A stretch of DNA of 64,000 nucleotides, taken from Burkholderiales bacterium (lineage in GTDB: Bacteria; Pseudomonadota; Gammaproteobacteria; Burkholderiales; JACQAP01). A program made the position numbers and the translations under genes. Of the stretch, positions 44,454 to 55,014 are shown in pieces (position 1 is the stretch's first letter; each line of letters begins with the position of its first letter). Location of the stretch: assembly GCA_046590325.1 (NCBI GenBank), contig JBKJUC010000107.1, positions 8,602-72,601 on the forward strand, in the 5' to 3' direction. A model generated the notes under the pieces. The model was not told the origin of the DNA. It saw nothing but the letters and a program-made list of their open reading frames with translations, and made no database searches.

Positions 44454-45800
44454 ATGCCTCAAGGCCGCATCCTTATCGTAGACGACGACTCCGACCTGCT
44501 GCGCCTGCTCACCTTTCGTCTGGAAGGTGCCGGCTATACCGTGGAAGCTGCCAGCAGCGCGGAACAGGCCCTTGCCAGGCTTTCCGCATCCATTCCTCAA
44601 CTGGTCATTACCGACATGCGCATGAGCGGGATGGATGGCCTGGCGCTGTTCGACAACATCCATAAGAGCAACCCGGCCCTTCCGGTCATCATACTTACCG
44701 CACATGGGACGATTCCCGATGCGGTGGCCGCCACTCAGCGCGGGGTGTTCGGCTACCTCACCAAGCCCTTCGACAGTCGTGAACTGCTACAGCAGGCGGA
44801 GCGCGCCATAACGCTGAGCGGCAGCCAGACCGACAAGGCGGAGGGCGATACGGCCTGGCGTGCGGAGATCATCACCCGCAGCCCGGTCATGGAAAGCATC
44901 CTCGGCAGGGCCCGCCTGGTCGCGGCCAGCGATGCAAGCGTTCTGATTCGTGGAGATAGCGGCACGGGTAAGGAACTGCTGGCACGGGCGGTGCATCGCG
45001 CAAGCCCAAGGGCATTGAAGCCTTTCGTGGCGGTCAACTGCGGCGCGATACCGGAACAACTGCTGGAATCGGAACTGTTCGGCCACATGCGGGGCTCCTT
45101 CACGGGGGCCGCCCGCGACTATAAGGGGCTATTTCAGGCCGCTGACGGCGGCACCGTATTCCTCGACGAGATTGGCGACATGCCGCTCGCGTTACAGGTA
45201 AAACTGCTGCGCGTCCTCCAGGACAAGGAAATCAGGCCAATCGGTTCAACCCAGACGATCCGGGTGGATGTTCGCATCGTCTCGGCGACGCACCGCAATC
45301 TTGAGGAAGCGATCAAGGCCGGCGTCTTCCGGGAAGATCTTTACTACCGGCTGAATGTCGTATCTTTCGCCCTGCCTGCACTTTCAGAACGGCGCGAAGA
45401 TATTCCGGTGCTTGCGACCTACTTCCTCAGCCATCTCGCGGACAAGTACAAGAAGTCTCTCAATGGATTCGCGTCCGAAGCGATGGAAGTTCTGGTGAAA
45501 TCGTCATGGCAGGGCAACGTGCGTGAACTTTACAACGTGGTCGAGCAGGCCGTCGCGCTGTCCACCACGCCTATCGTGCCCCCTGCCCTGGTGGAGAATG
45601 CGATTCGCGGCCAGACCGCCGAGTTGTCCTCGTTCGAGGCTGCGCGCAGCGAATTCGAGCGCGAGTACCTGGCGAAGCTTCTCAAGATAACCGTTGGCAA
45701 TGTCACCCAAGCGGCGCGGCTCGCCAAGCGCAACCGGACGGAGTTCTACAAGCTGCTCCAGCGCCACCACCTCGATCCAAAGCTCTTCAAGAACCTTTAG
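44454..45800 (+). CDS. sigma-54-dependent response regulator, GlrR/QseF-like (NtrC family)
   Basis: Receiver domain (ILIVDDD...VITDMRMSGMDG), AAA+ Walker A GDSGTGKE, the sigma-54 contact loop GSFTGA, Walker B VFLDEIGDM, and a C-terminal HTH NVTQAARLAKRNRTEFYKLL. Confidence 0.9.
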   Translation: MPQGRILIVDDDSDLLRLLTFRLEGAGYTVEAASSAEQALARLSASIPQLVITDMRMSGMDGLALFDNIHKSNPALPVIILTAHGTIPDAVAATQRGVFGYLTKPFDSRELLQQAERAITLSGSQTDKAEGDTAWRAEIITRSPVMESILGRARLVAASDASVLIRGDSGTGKELLARAVHRASPRALKPFVAVNCGAIPEQLLESELFGHMRGSFTGAARDYKGLFQAADGGTVFLDEIGDMPLALQVKLLRVLQDKEIRPIGSTQTIRVDVRIVSATHRNLEEAIKAGVFREDLYYRLNVVSFALPALSERREDIPVLATYFLSHLADKYKKSLNGFASEAMEVLVKSSWQGNVRELYNVVEQAVALSTTPIVPPALVENAIRGQTAELSSFEAARSEFEREYLAKLLKITVGNVTQAARLAKRNRTEFYKLLQRHHLDPKLFKNL

Positions 45801-45836
45801 CTCAGGATTCACCGGCCTCGGGCGCGGGAAAGATTG

Positions 45837-45854
45837 TGTCGCCCTCCGGGGACA
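45837..45854 (+). promoter_or_regulatory. TGTC-N10-GACA inverted repeat (GlrR-type activator box)
   Basis: The sequence tgtc gccctccggg gaca is an exact match to the half-site spacing described for E. coli GlrR sites. Confidence 0.55.
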
Positions 45855-45901
45855 AGGCAATCCTTCGTCTTTCATCAGAGTAGGTTTGAATACCGGGCGG
45901 G

Positions 45902-45919
45902 AGTCGCTATACGACGACA
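45902..45919 (+). promoter_or_regulatory. degenerate second activator box, aGTC-N10-GACA
   Basis: The sequence agtc gctatacgac gaca has one mismatch to TGTC-N10-GACA. Confidence 0.4.
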
Positions 45920-45982
45920 TTTCCTTGACAAGGGTTTGCTACCATTAATCGTAACAATCTGAACCATATAGATCTTATTTTC

Positions 45983-45998
45983 TGGCACGATGTTTGCA
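45983..45998 (+). promoter_or_regulatory. sigma-54 (-24/-12) promoter
   Basis: TGGCACGATGTTTGCA matches TGGCAC-N5-TTGCA exactly. It lies 80 nt upstream of the ATG at 46078 and 183 nt downstream of the regulator gene. Confidence 0.75.
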
Positions 45999-46077
45999 TC
46001 TTCGCGTGGTGAAATCCACCCCAAGCGGCCCGGTCATCGGCAGAAACCGCTCACCATAGTGAACCGAACATAAGATC

Positions 46078-46677
46078 ATGGATCATAAAAATCGCCTGCT
46101 CACTCCGCTCTTGGTTGCTGCTGCTATATCGGTAGTGGCATTCGCCGGTATCGGCGTGGCCGCGATTACGGGACACCTGTCCATCACTCAACTGAGTCCC
46201 AATCCGTTTGCTGGCTTTATCGGCGCGGCGAAGTCTTCGCCTGCCGTGACCGCGCCAACACTGCCAACGCAGACGGCCAAATCCAAGGCCTTGGCGCGCG
46301 GCCAGCCTGGCGGCGCGAACAAGCCCATCGATTTCCGGACCGGCACACGGGTCGCCGCGAAAAAAATCAAGTGCGAGGATTGTGGTGTGGTCGATTCCAT
46401 CCGTGCGAAAGAAATCGAGAAAGGCGAAGTCATTGTTGCCGGCCTAAATGATTCGCGCTCCGCAGAGCACTCCATGAGCGCATCCGGCAGATCTTCCGGC
46501 TTGACCTATGCGGCGCTTAATGGATCGGGAAGCGAAACCCGTATTGCCGTGAATTTCGTGGTAACGCTGCGGATGGAAGATGGCACCGTGCGCACCATCT
46601 ATGAAAATCAGCGCCCGCCGTTCAGCATCGGCGAACGGGTAAGATTGATCAACGGCTCCGTGGTGCCTTTGGGGTGA
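46078..46677 (+). CDS. membrane-anchored protein with a degenerate SlyB/glycine-zipper-family-like C-terminal domain
   Basis: 199 aa with an N-terminal TM segment LLTPLLVAAAISVVAFAGIGVAAI. The C-terminus has CEDCGVV ... FVVTLRMEDGTVRTIYENQRPPFSIGERVRLINGSVV. This pattern (CxxCG ... V-R-M-D/E-D-G ... G-D/E-R-V) is seen in 17-kDa-antigen/SlyB-like proteins. The SD is weak. Confidence 0.6.
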   Translation: MDHKNRLLTPLLVAAAISVVAFAGIGVAAITGHLSITQLSPNPFAGFIGAAKSSPAVTAPTLPTQTAKSKALARGQPGGANKPIDFRTGTRVAAKKIKCEDCGVVDSIRAKEIEKGEVIVAGLNDSRSAEHSMSASGRSSGLTYAALNGSGSETRIAVNFVVTLRMEDGTVRTIYENQRPPFSIGERVRLINGSVVPLG

Positions 46678-46814
46678 CGGCAAACGCCCTTGGGATGACG
46701 GCAACGCCTCTGGGATACGCAACGATGAAATGAGCCAAGGCCTCCCGAACGAACGCGGGATGACGCCAGTGGCACACAACCAATTCAAGATTTCCAACGC
46801 GCTTTTGCGTGTTT

Positions 46815-46849
46815 AACGCCCGATTCCCTCCCTTATCGGGCGTTTTTTT
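46815..46849 (+). terminator. rho-independent terminator
   Basis: Hairpin aacgcccgat-tccctccctt-atcgggcgtt followed by ttttt. Confidence 0.75.
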
Positions 46850-46906
46850 GCCCGCTTTACGGAGTAGTCTCGCAGTTCCACCCTACGGTCGGCACACCCC
46901 CACGAC

Positions 46907-47149
46907 ATGAAAGAAATCTGCATGGCACTTTTCGCTGTCCTCGCATTCGGTTGCAGCGCCCCGAAGAAGGAACCGAACGTGAATCTCGCTGGATACCCGG
47001 CCGAATTCCGTGCCGGCTATCTGGATGGCTGCGAGAGCGCGCGGCACAACGGTACAAAGAAGGACGAGCGGCGGTTCAAAACCGATCCGCAATATTCCTC
47101 CGGCTGGCGGGATGGCGCCGACATCTGCAGTAAGCAGCACAACAAGTAG
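46907..47149 (+). CDS. small putative lipoprotein with an internal two-fold G-[YW]-x-DG-x-x-x-C repeat
   Basis: 80 aa. The signal plus Cys (VLAFGC) is a non-ideal lipobox, and the start is uncertain (46907 or 46922). The internal repeats are AGYLDGCESA and SGWRDGADIC. Confidence 0.45.
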   Translation: MKEICMALFAVLAFGCSAPKKEPNVNLAGYPAEFRAGYLDGCESARHNGTKKDERRFKTDPQYSSGWRDGADICSKQHNK

Positions 47150-47252
47150 CTTCGGCCGGCGGCCTCGCCAGCCGCCTGTGCTTATGGCTTAGAATACGGT
47201 GCACGTGGCGGCACTTGGCCGTCTCGACATCGCCACTTTCCGCGGAGACCCC

Positions 47253-48443
<1,191 letters not shown>

Positions 48444-48457
48444 GCCAAACCCACCCA

Positions 48458-48512
48458 CCACCTCACTCCCGCCTTCTCCTCCTGAAGGCGGAGAGGGCGG
48501 GAGGTGAGGTGG
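48458..48512. repeat. imperfect hairpin of about 25 bp (REP-like) between convergent genes
   Basis: ccacctcactcccgccttctcctcc faces ggcggagagggcgggaggtgaggtgg, giving roughly 22 of 25 paired positions with one bulge. There is no T-run. Confidence 0.7.
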
Positions 48513-48513
48513 A

Positions 48514-49269
48514 TCAGACGCAACGCCCTCCATCCACTTCGATACATGCGCCCGTGATGAATTCCGCTTCGTCGGAAGCGAGATACAGGCAGGCATTGGC
48601 GATATCCAGCGGCTTGCTGAACCGCCCCAGCGGGATACTGGCGACGAATTTGGCCCGCATCTCCGGTGTATCCGATCCCATGAACTCCGCCAGCAACGGA
48701 GTATCGCCTGCTACGGGGTTGACCACATTGACGCGAATTTTATCCGGGGCCAGTTCCACGGCCATGGCGCGGCTGGTGACGATCGCGGCGCCTTTGCTGC
48801 CGTTGTACCAAACCAGGCCTGGGCGTGGACGCACGCCCGCGGTCGACGCAATGGTGATCATGACACCGCCTCCTTTTTTCCGGAAATAGGGGACCACCGC
48901 CTTTGCGCTGTGGAACAGGCTCTTCACATTCACCGCATAGACGCGATCGAACATATCTTCGGTCACGTCGAGCAGCGGCTGGTTGCGATGGGTCGTACCG
49001 GCATTGTTGATGACGATGTCGAGGCCGCCATAGGCATCCAGGGTGGCCTTGAGCAAACGCTCCCAGTCGGCGGCCCTGGATACATCGGCCTGGACAAATT
49101 TTGCTTGTCCGCCACCCGCCGAAATTTCCTTCGCCACCCGCTCGCCGCCCTCCGAACGCAGATCATTGACGATGACCTTGCAGCCTTCCTGGACAAAGCG
49201 CTTGGCAATGCCTTCGCCGAATCCGGAACCTGCCCCCGTAACGATCGCGATCTTGTTTTTCAGTCTCAT
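48514..49269 (-). CDS. SDR family oxidoreductase (FabG-like)
   Basis: 251 aa with TGAGSGFG and catalytic YNGSK. Confidence 0.85.
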   Translation of the reverse strand: MRLKNKIAIVTGAGSGFGEGIAKRFVQEGCKVIVNDLRSEGGERVAKEISAGGGQAKFVQADVSRAADWERLLKATLDAYGGLDIVINNAGTTHRNQPLLDVTEDMFDRVYAVNVKSLFHSAKAVVPYFRKKGGGVMITIASTAGVRPRPGLVWYNGSKGAAIVTSRAMAVELAPDKIRVNVVNPVAGDTPLLAEFMGSDTPEMRAKFVASIPLGRFSKPLDIANACLYLASDEAEFITGACIEVDGGRCV

Positions 49270-49305
49270 TTTCTTCTCCTCCAGGAAACGCGCATTCTAA
49301 ACTAA

Positions 49306-49330
49306 CAAAAATGGGAGCCTCAGGCTCCCA
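49306..49330 (-). terminator. rho-independent terminator downstream of the xdhC-like gene
   Basis: Hairpin tgggagcc-tca-ggctccca preceded by an A-run on the plus strand, which reads as a T-run on the minus strand. Confidence 0.6.
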
Positions 49331-49354
49331 TCGCTGTTCCTGCAGCGGCTGTGG

Positions 49355-50380
49355 TCAGGCGCGCTGCTCGACGTTACAGACCTGCTGGTTGCCATCGGCC
49401 GAGACTTCCTTGCTTTCGCGGGTGCCAACAGTCCGCAGATTCACGCCGTGCCTGACGGCGGTCATTTCCGCGAGAATGGAAACCGCGATCTCGGGCGGCG
49501 TCTTGCTGCCGATGCTCAGGCCGATGGGACCATGCAGGCGGTCGAGCTCATCACGGGAAAGGTCGAACATCAGCAGGCGTTCGCGGCGTTTTTCGGAATT
49601 GAGGCGGGAGCCCAGCGCACCCACATAGAAGGCTGGCGACTTGAGCGCCTCCATGAGCGCCAGGTCATCCAGTTTCGGATCGTGGGTGACCGCGACGACG
49701 GCACAATGCGAATCCAGCTTCATGGCTAGCACAACATCGTCGGGCATGCCGCGATCGAGCACGGACCCTTCGACATCCCAGGTGTCGGCATACTCCTCGC
49801 GCGGATCGCAAACCGTGACGCTGTAATCCAGCGCCTTCGCCATTTGCGCCAGGTACTGCGACAACTGCCCCGCCCCGATAATGAGCAGACGCCAACGCGG
49901 GCCGTGCACGGTTATGAGGTGTTTGCGGTCGAAGTTCAGTTCGTCGCCGCGGCTTGCCGCCTTAAGGGTTACCGCGCCGGTTTCCAGGTCCAGGATTCTT
50001 GCCACCAGTTCATGCCGGTCCACGCTCTCGAGCAGTTTGATAAGAACCTGCCTGTCCTTGACCGGCTCCAGCACCAGTTCCAGCTTACCGCCGCAGGGCA
50101 GGCCATAGCGCGTCGCCTCGTCCTTGCTGATGCCGTAAGTCGCGATCTCAGGCTTCTCGACGGCCAGCGATCTGTTGCGGATGCGGAAGATCAGGTCGTC
50201 CTCGACGCAGCCGCCGGATACCGAGCCAGCGACCGTGCCGTCGCCGCGCACCGCCAGCATCGCGCCAGCGGGCCTTGGCGAAGAACCCCAAGTTTCTACG
50301 ATGGTGGCGAGGATAACGCGGTGGCCCTCGTTGAGCCAGGCCACACTGGTCCGCAGCACCTGCAAATCGACGCTATCCAT
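49355..50380 (-). CDS. XdhC/CoxI family molybdoenzyme maturation protein
   Basis: 341 aa with the N-terminal pattern ATIVETWGSSPRPAGAMLAV...GSVSGGCVE and a Rossmann-like LLIIGAG. Confidence 0.8.
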   Translation of the reverse strand: MDSVDLQVLRTSVAWLNEGHRVILATIVETWGSSPRPAGAMLAVRGDGTVAGSVSGGCVEDDLIFRIRNRSLAVEKPEIATYGISKDEATRYGLPCGGKLELVLEPVKDRQVLIKLLESVDRHELVARILDLETGAVTLKAASRGDELNFDRKHLITVHGPRWRLLIIGAGQLSQYLAQMAKALDYSVTVCDPREEYADTWDVEGSVLDRGMPDDVVLAMKLDSHCAVVAVTHDPKLDDLALMEALKSPAFYVGALGSRLNSEKRRERLLMFDLSRDELDRLHGPIGLSIGSKTPPEIAVSILAEMTAVRHGVNLRTVGTRESKEVSADGNQQVCNVEQRA

Positions 50381-50454
50381 AGACTCACCCCTGAAAGCTC
50401 CCGTTCTGTTCTACCGGGAATAACGATTGTAAACCAGCGGCCCTGTTGGGCCAA

Positions 50455-50485
50455 TAAAAAACCCCCCGATGTTCCCATCGGAGGG
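50455..50485 (-). terminator. rho-independent terminator downstream of the molybdopterin subunit gene
   Basis: On the minus strand: ccctccgatg-ggaa-catcgggggg followed by tttttt. Confidence 0.7.
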
Positions 50486-50533
50486 TTCGGTTTTGCCCGC
50501 CTGCCGGCAACCGCCGGCTGGCGTCAATTGCTG

Positions 50534-52735
50534 TTACGCGCCGCGGATGTGCTCGGCGGTGAACGGCAGGGTACGGACACGCTTGCCGCAGGCGGCGAAA
50601 ATCGCGTTGCCGATAGCCGGTTGGATCACAGCAGTGCCGGGCTCGCCCAGACCGCCGGGCGTGCTGTCGCTCTTGATGAAATGAATGTCCAGGACCTTCG
50701 GAGCTTCATTTATGCGGGCAACACGGTACGTGTCGAAGTTGGTCTGTTCGACACCGCCGTTCTTGATGGTGATTTCACCCCACATGCAGGCCGATTGACC
50801 GAAATTGATCGTACCTTGCATCTGCGCCAGCGCCTGATCCGGGTGAACCAGGGTACCGGCATCGACCACTGCGGTTACCTTGTCCACGCTGACGTCATAG
50901 TCGGCGGAGACCGTTACTTCAGCAACCATCGCGATCACGGTGTTGTAGCCTTCCATCACCGCCACGCCCATGCCCCTGCCAGCCGGAAGCTTCTTGCCCC
51001 AGCCGGACTTGGCACGCACTTCTTCGAGGGCGCGCTTCATCCGGGCACCGACGGGAACGCCCGCAGACAGGCCGGACCACTGATGTTTGGTCGAACCCAT
51101 GTCCATGTTGTCGATGCGGAACTGGATCGGATCCTTGCCCGCTGCATTGGCCATTTCGTCGACGAAACACTCGAGCGCAACAGCGTTAAGGTTGTGGGAC
51201 ACACCACGCCAGTAACCCGGCGTCACGCCCGTGTCGTGCATCTGGTACGTGAGCTTGATGTTGGGCGTGTCGTACGGATAGTTGTCGATGCCTTCCACCG
51301 CGAACGGGTCGATCCCGTCCTTCACGATGCTCGGGAACAGGCGGGCCGAGATCGAGGGGCTGGTGGAATGAAAACGCATCGCGACGGGCTTGCCGCTCGA
51401 ATCCAGGCCTGCCGACAGCTTCATCAAGCTGGCCGGACGGTAGGAATCGTGCGTCATGTCGTCTTCGCGGCTCCAGACCATCTTGACCGGAGCGCCTACC
51501 GCCTTGGAGATTTCAGCCGCGTCGATGGTGTAATCCACTTCCACGCGACGGCCAAAGCCGCCACCCAGGAAGGTGGTATGCACTTCGACTTGTTCCGGCT
51601 TCAATCCCGTAGCGCCCGCCACCACGTGCGGCACCAGTTGCTGGAACTGGGTCGGCGTGATGATGATCGCCTTGTCTGCACGCACGTCGGCCGTGGTGTT
51701 CTGCGGCTCCATCGGCGAGTGGGACAGGAACGGCAGCTGGTAGGTCGCTTCGACGGTCTTGGCTGCCGAAGACATTGTGCCTTCGGCATCGCCGTGCTCG
51801 CGGAATACTGCGCCCGGCTGCTCGGAAGCGGTACGCAGGCCATCCCAGATCGACTTCTGGTCGCTGCCGCCGTTCGGGCCCGCATCCCAAGTGATGAGCA
51901 GGAGGTCCTTGGCCTTCTTGGCTTGCCAATACGAATCGGCGACCACTGCGACGCCGCGGCTGTATTGCACGACTGCCTTGACGCCGGGCATGGACTTGGC
52001 GCGCGAATCGTCGTAGCTCGCAACCTTGCCGCCGATCATCGGCGCCATCGCTACCGCGGCGTACAGCATGCCGGGCACGCGGGTGTCGATGCCGAACTGC
52101 GCCGTGCCCTTGACCTTGACTTCAGTGTCCAGACGCTTCTGGCCCTTATTGCCGACGATCTTGAACTGGCTGGAGGGCTTGAGCGGCACGTCTTTCGGCA
52201 CTTCCATTGTCGCTGCCTTGGCGGCGAGCGACCCGTAAGTCGCCTTCTTGCCGCCGGGGCCGGTAACCATGCCGTTGGCTGCCTTGCATTGCGCGGCGTC
52301 CACGCCCCAGTCGCTGGCGGCAGCAGCCACCAGCATCATGCGGGCGGAAGCGCCGGCCTTGCGCAGTTTTTCCCAGGCGTCACGAACTGACGTGGAACCA
52401 CCGGTCAGCTGGCCGCCAAGCAGGGCATTGATGTAAACCTCGGCGGGCGGCGCGAACTCGACCTTGACCTTGTTGAGGTCGACTTCGAGTTCCTCGGCCA
52501 CCAGAATGGGCATCGAGGTGTAGACGTCCTGGCCCATTTCGGACCGGGCGCACATGATGGTGATGCTGTTGTCGGTTCCGATCTTCACCCAGGCATTCGG
52601 GGAGTGGGTCGGCGCCGCTGCTTGCGCAACACGCGGGCCGTTGGGCAGGTAAAAGCCGAGGGCAAGACCGCCGGCAACCGTGCCACTGACTTTCAGGAAG
52701 TCACGACGCGTTTCGTTTTTGATCATATTTTCCAT
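50534..52735 (-). CDS. molybdopterin-binding oxidoreductase large subunit (IorB / aldehyde oxidase-xanthine dehydrogenase family), Tat-exported
   Basis: Start trimmed to ATG 52735, after the RBS AAGGAGG. The Tat signal is ETRRDFLKVSGTVAGGLALG. About 733 aa. Confidence 0.85.
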   Translation of the reverse strand: MENMIKNETRRDFLKVSGTVAGGLALGFYLPNGPRVAQAAAPTHSPNAWVKIGTDNSITIMCARSEMGQDVYTSMPILVAEELEVDLNKVKVEFAPPAEVYINALLGGQLTGGSTSVRDAWEKLRKAGASARMMLVAAAASDWGVDAAQCKAANGMVTGPGGKKATYGSLAAKAATMEVPKDVPLKPSSQFKIVGNKGQKRLDTEVKVKGTAQFGIDTRVPGMLYAAVAMAPMIGGKVASYDDSRAKSMPGVKAVVQYSRGVAVVADSYWQAKKAKDLLLITWDAGPNGGSDQKSIWDGLRTASEQPGAVFREHGDAEGTMSSAAKTVEATYQLPFLSHSPMEPQNTTADVRADKAIIITPTQFQQLVPHVVAGATGLKPEQVEVHTTFLGGGFGRRVEVDYTIDAAEISKAVGAPVKMVWSREDDMTHDSYRPASLMKLSAGLDSSGKPVAMRFHSTSPSISARLFPSIVKDGIDPFAVEGIDNYPYDTPNIKLTYQMHDTGVTPGYWRGVSHNLNAVALECFVDEMANAAGKDPIQFRIDNMDMGSTKHQWSGLSAGVPVGARMKRALEEVRAKSGWGKKLPAGRGMGVAVMEGYNTVIAMVAEVTVSADYDVSVDKVTAVVDAGTLVHPDQALAQMQGTINFGQSACMWGEITIKNGGVEQTNFDTYRVARINEAPKVLDIHFIKSDSTPGGLGEPGTAVIQPAIGNAIFAACGKRVRTLPFTAEHIRGA

Positions 52736-52745
52736 GGTCGCCTCC

Positions 52746-53195
52746 TTAAGCCATCTTCGCGGCGTCTTTGATCGCCGCGCGAATCCGGGGATACGTGCCA
52801 CAGCGACAGATGTTGCCGGACATGAACCCGTCGATATCAGCATCCGAGGGATTCTTGTTAGAGGCAAGCAGCGCGGCGGCGGACATCATCTGGCCGGGTT
52901 GGCAGTAGCCGCACTGCGGCACGTCCAGCTTCATCCACGCCTTCTGCACTTTGTGGTTGCCACCAAGGCCTTCGATGGTGGTGACCTTCTGGCCCGAAAC
53001 GGAACCGATTGCGGTTTGACAGGAACGTACGGCCATTCCGTTCAGATGAACGGTGCAGGCGCCGCACAGTGCTTTGCCGCAACCGAACTTGGTGCCGGTA
53101 AGGCCCAAGGTGTCGCGGAGGACCCACAGAAGCGGCGTGTCTTGCGGTACATCCACGCTCGTCTGTTTGCCATTTACGTTGAACGAGATTTTCAT
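52746..53195 (-). CDS. [2Fe-2S]-binding small subunit (IorA-like)
   Basis: 149 aa with Cys clusters CGKALCGAC...C and CGYC...CRCG. Confidence 0.9.
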   Translation of the reverse strand: MKISFNVNGKQTSVDVPQDTPLLWVLRDTLGLTGTKFGCGKALCGACTVHLNGMAVRSCQTAIGSVSGQKVTTIEGLGGNHKVQKAWMKLDVPQCGYCQPGQMMSAAALLASNKNPSDADIDGFMSGNICRCGTYPRIRAAIKDAAKMA

Positions 53196-53558
53196 TGCGA
53201 AGCTCCCCCTTCGAGCCGTAGTAAGGAATGAAACTTATAGGGTGTAACGGGATAGAGTTACTCGACCAAAGTACACGAATAGAAACTGCGTTTCAACCTT
53301 TTACGTTGCGTTGCAAGTGTTCCGAAAACGCAGCTTCCCGGCAATGCGAACCCTTCGCAAAGCCGCGCCGGGCGCGGGTTTGCGGGCGACGCACTTTTTG
53401 CGCGCGATTTCAACGGACTCGGACTCATACCGGGAATGGCAGGCCACGGATATGCTGCGACGCAACAACTGCATCGCGAAATCCTGTCTCAACATTTTGC
53501 AGAGGCGACCGCCCCAATACCCAAGTGCGAATCAAAGCGGCTGCGCCGCAGAGCAACA

Positions 53559-54791
53559 TCAGCGGTGCGGCTTGTCCTGCTCGAACTTCTTCAGTTCGAT
53601 GCGCGCCACCTGGTTGCGGTGGACTTCGTCCGGACCGTCCGCCAAGCGCAGGGTGCGGTTGAAGGCATACATCCAGGCCAGGGGGAAATCCTGGCAGACG
53701 CCGCCGCCCCCATGCGCCTGGATCGCCCAGTCGATGACCTTCTGTGCCATGTTCGGCGCGATGACCTTGATCATGGCAATTTCGGCCTTGGCTTCCTTGT
53801 TGCCGACGGTGTCCATCATGTAGGCGGCCTTGAGCGTCAGCAGGCGGGCCTGCTCGATCATAAGCCGCGACTCGGCGATGCGCTCGTGCCAGACGTTGAA
53901 CTCCACAACGGGCTTGCCGAATGCCACGCGGCTCTTCAAGCGCTTGCACATCAGCTCCAGCGCGCGTTCCGCCTGGCCGATAATGCGCATGCAATGATGG
54001 ATGCGCCCCGGACCGAGCCGGCCCTGGGCGATCTCGAACCCCCGCCCCTCGCCTAGTAGAATGTTCGAAGCCGGTACGCGCACATCCTTGAGCGACACTT
54101 CCATGTGGCCGTGCGGGGCATCGTCGTAGCCGAATACGCTGAGGTGCCTCTCCACTTTCACGCCCTTCGCATCCGCCGGCACCAGGATCATGGACTGCTG
54201 CTTGTGGCGGTCCGCATTGTCCGGATCGGATTTGCCCATCACGATGAAAATCTTGCAACGCGGGTCACCGGCGCCGGACGACCACCATTTCAGTCCGTTG
54301 ACGACGTATTCGTTACCCTGGCGCTCGATACGGCACTGGATGTTGGTCGCGTCAGATGACGCGACCTCGGGCTCGGTCATCAGGAAAGCGGAGCGGATTT
54401 CACCGTTCTGCAGCGGCACCAGCCACTGCTTCTGCTGTTCGGGCGTGCCGTAGCGCAGCAACACCTCCATGTTGCCGGTATCCGGGGCCGAGCAATTGAA
54501 TACCTCCGGCGCCCAGCTGATGCGGCCCATGATCTCGCACAGCGGCGCGTATTCCAGATTGCCCAGCGCCCCGCCGTGATCCTTAGGCTGCCACAGGTTC
54601 CACAGGCCCGCCGCGCGCGCCTTGGGCTTGAGTTCCTCCACAATGCGGGTCGGAATCCATGCGTTGCCCTTTGCGCGATTCTCCTCGATTTCCCGGTAGA
54701 AACGGTTCTCCTGCGGTTCGACGTACTGCTGCATGAAAGTCAGAACCTTCTTCTGCAGATCCTTGACCCTGTCGGTGAATTCGAAATTCAT
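53559..54791 (-). CDS. acyl-CoA dehydrogenase, ACAD10/11 / FadE2-like
   Basis: Start trimmed to ATG 54791 ([13 protein letters not shown]). The motifs [13 protein letters not shown] and a C-terminal ADGPDEVH are typical of this subfamily. Confidence 0.85.
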   Translation of the reverse strand: MNFEFTDRVKDLQKKVLTFMQQYVEPQENRFYREIEENRAKGNAWIPTRIVEELKPKARAAGLWNLWQPKDHGGALGNLEYAPLCEIMGRISWAPEVFNCSAPDTGNMEVLLRYGTPEQQKQWLVPLQNGEIRSAFLMTEPEVASSDATNIQCRIERQGNEYVVNGLKWWSSGAGDPRCKIFIVMGKSDPDNADRHKQQSMILVPADAKGVKVERHLSVFGYDDAPHGHMEVSLKDVRVPASNILLGEGRGFEIAQGRLGPGRIHHCMRIIGQAERALELMCKRLKSRVAFGKPVVEFNVWHERIAESRLMIEQARLLTLKAAYMMDTVGNKEAKAEIAMIKVIAPNMAQKVIDWAIQAHGGGGVCQDFPLAWMYAFNRTLRLADGPDEVHRNQVARIELKKFEQDKPHR

Positions 54792-55014
54792 GGCGGTTCC
54801 TTGACGTTGGAGTGATGTGTGGCTGCTGGGATTTCCTGCTATCGGCTCGGGGGAAGCGGACCGGGCGATACCACACCCGCCTTCCATGGGCGGGGGTTCG
54901 ATTCGTCGGTCATGCTCCCCCTTGCTGCTTTTTGTTTTTGGTCATCATTGCGAGCTGAGGTCTTCGGGATGACGCAGGTCAATGCCCCCAGTATGACACC
55001 CTGGGCGGCGTTTT

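Noticed and set aside
44980-44995. Second sigma-54-like match, TGGCACGGGCGGTGCA, with correct GG/GC spacing.
   Set aside because: It lies inside the regulator CDS, where it encodes the conserved AAA+ segment LARAVH, and no downstream gene start lies nearby. It is most likely a coding-constraint coincidence.
37202-47200. Genomic island integrated at tRNA-Leu, suggested by lower coding density and accessory-looking genes downstream of the tRNA.
   Set aside because: I found no integrase or transposase, no direct repeat of the tRNA 3' end, and no obvious compositional break by eye. I could not compute GC or codon statistics, so this remains unsupported.
54874-54910. tRNA-like fragment (gggggttcgattc resembles a T-arm).
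   Set aside because: No acceptor stem, anticodon arm or CCA context can be built around it. Only a short cccgcc/ggcggg hairpin is present.
54841-54915. A 24-codon minus-strand ORF ([24 protein letters not shown]) with a GGGGGAG SD, upstream of the FadE2-like ACAD.
   Set aside because: It is very short, has no recognisable leader-peptide logic, and I cannot assess conservation. It is likely chance.
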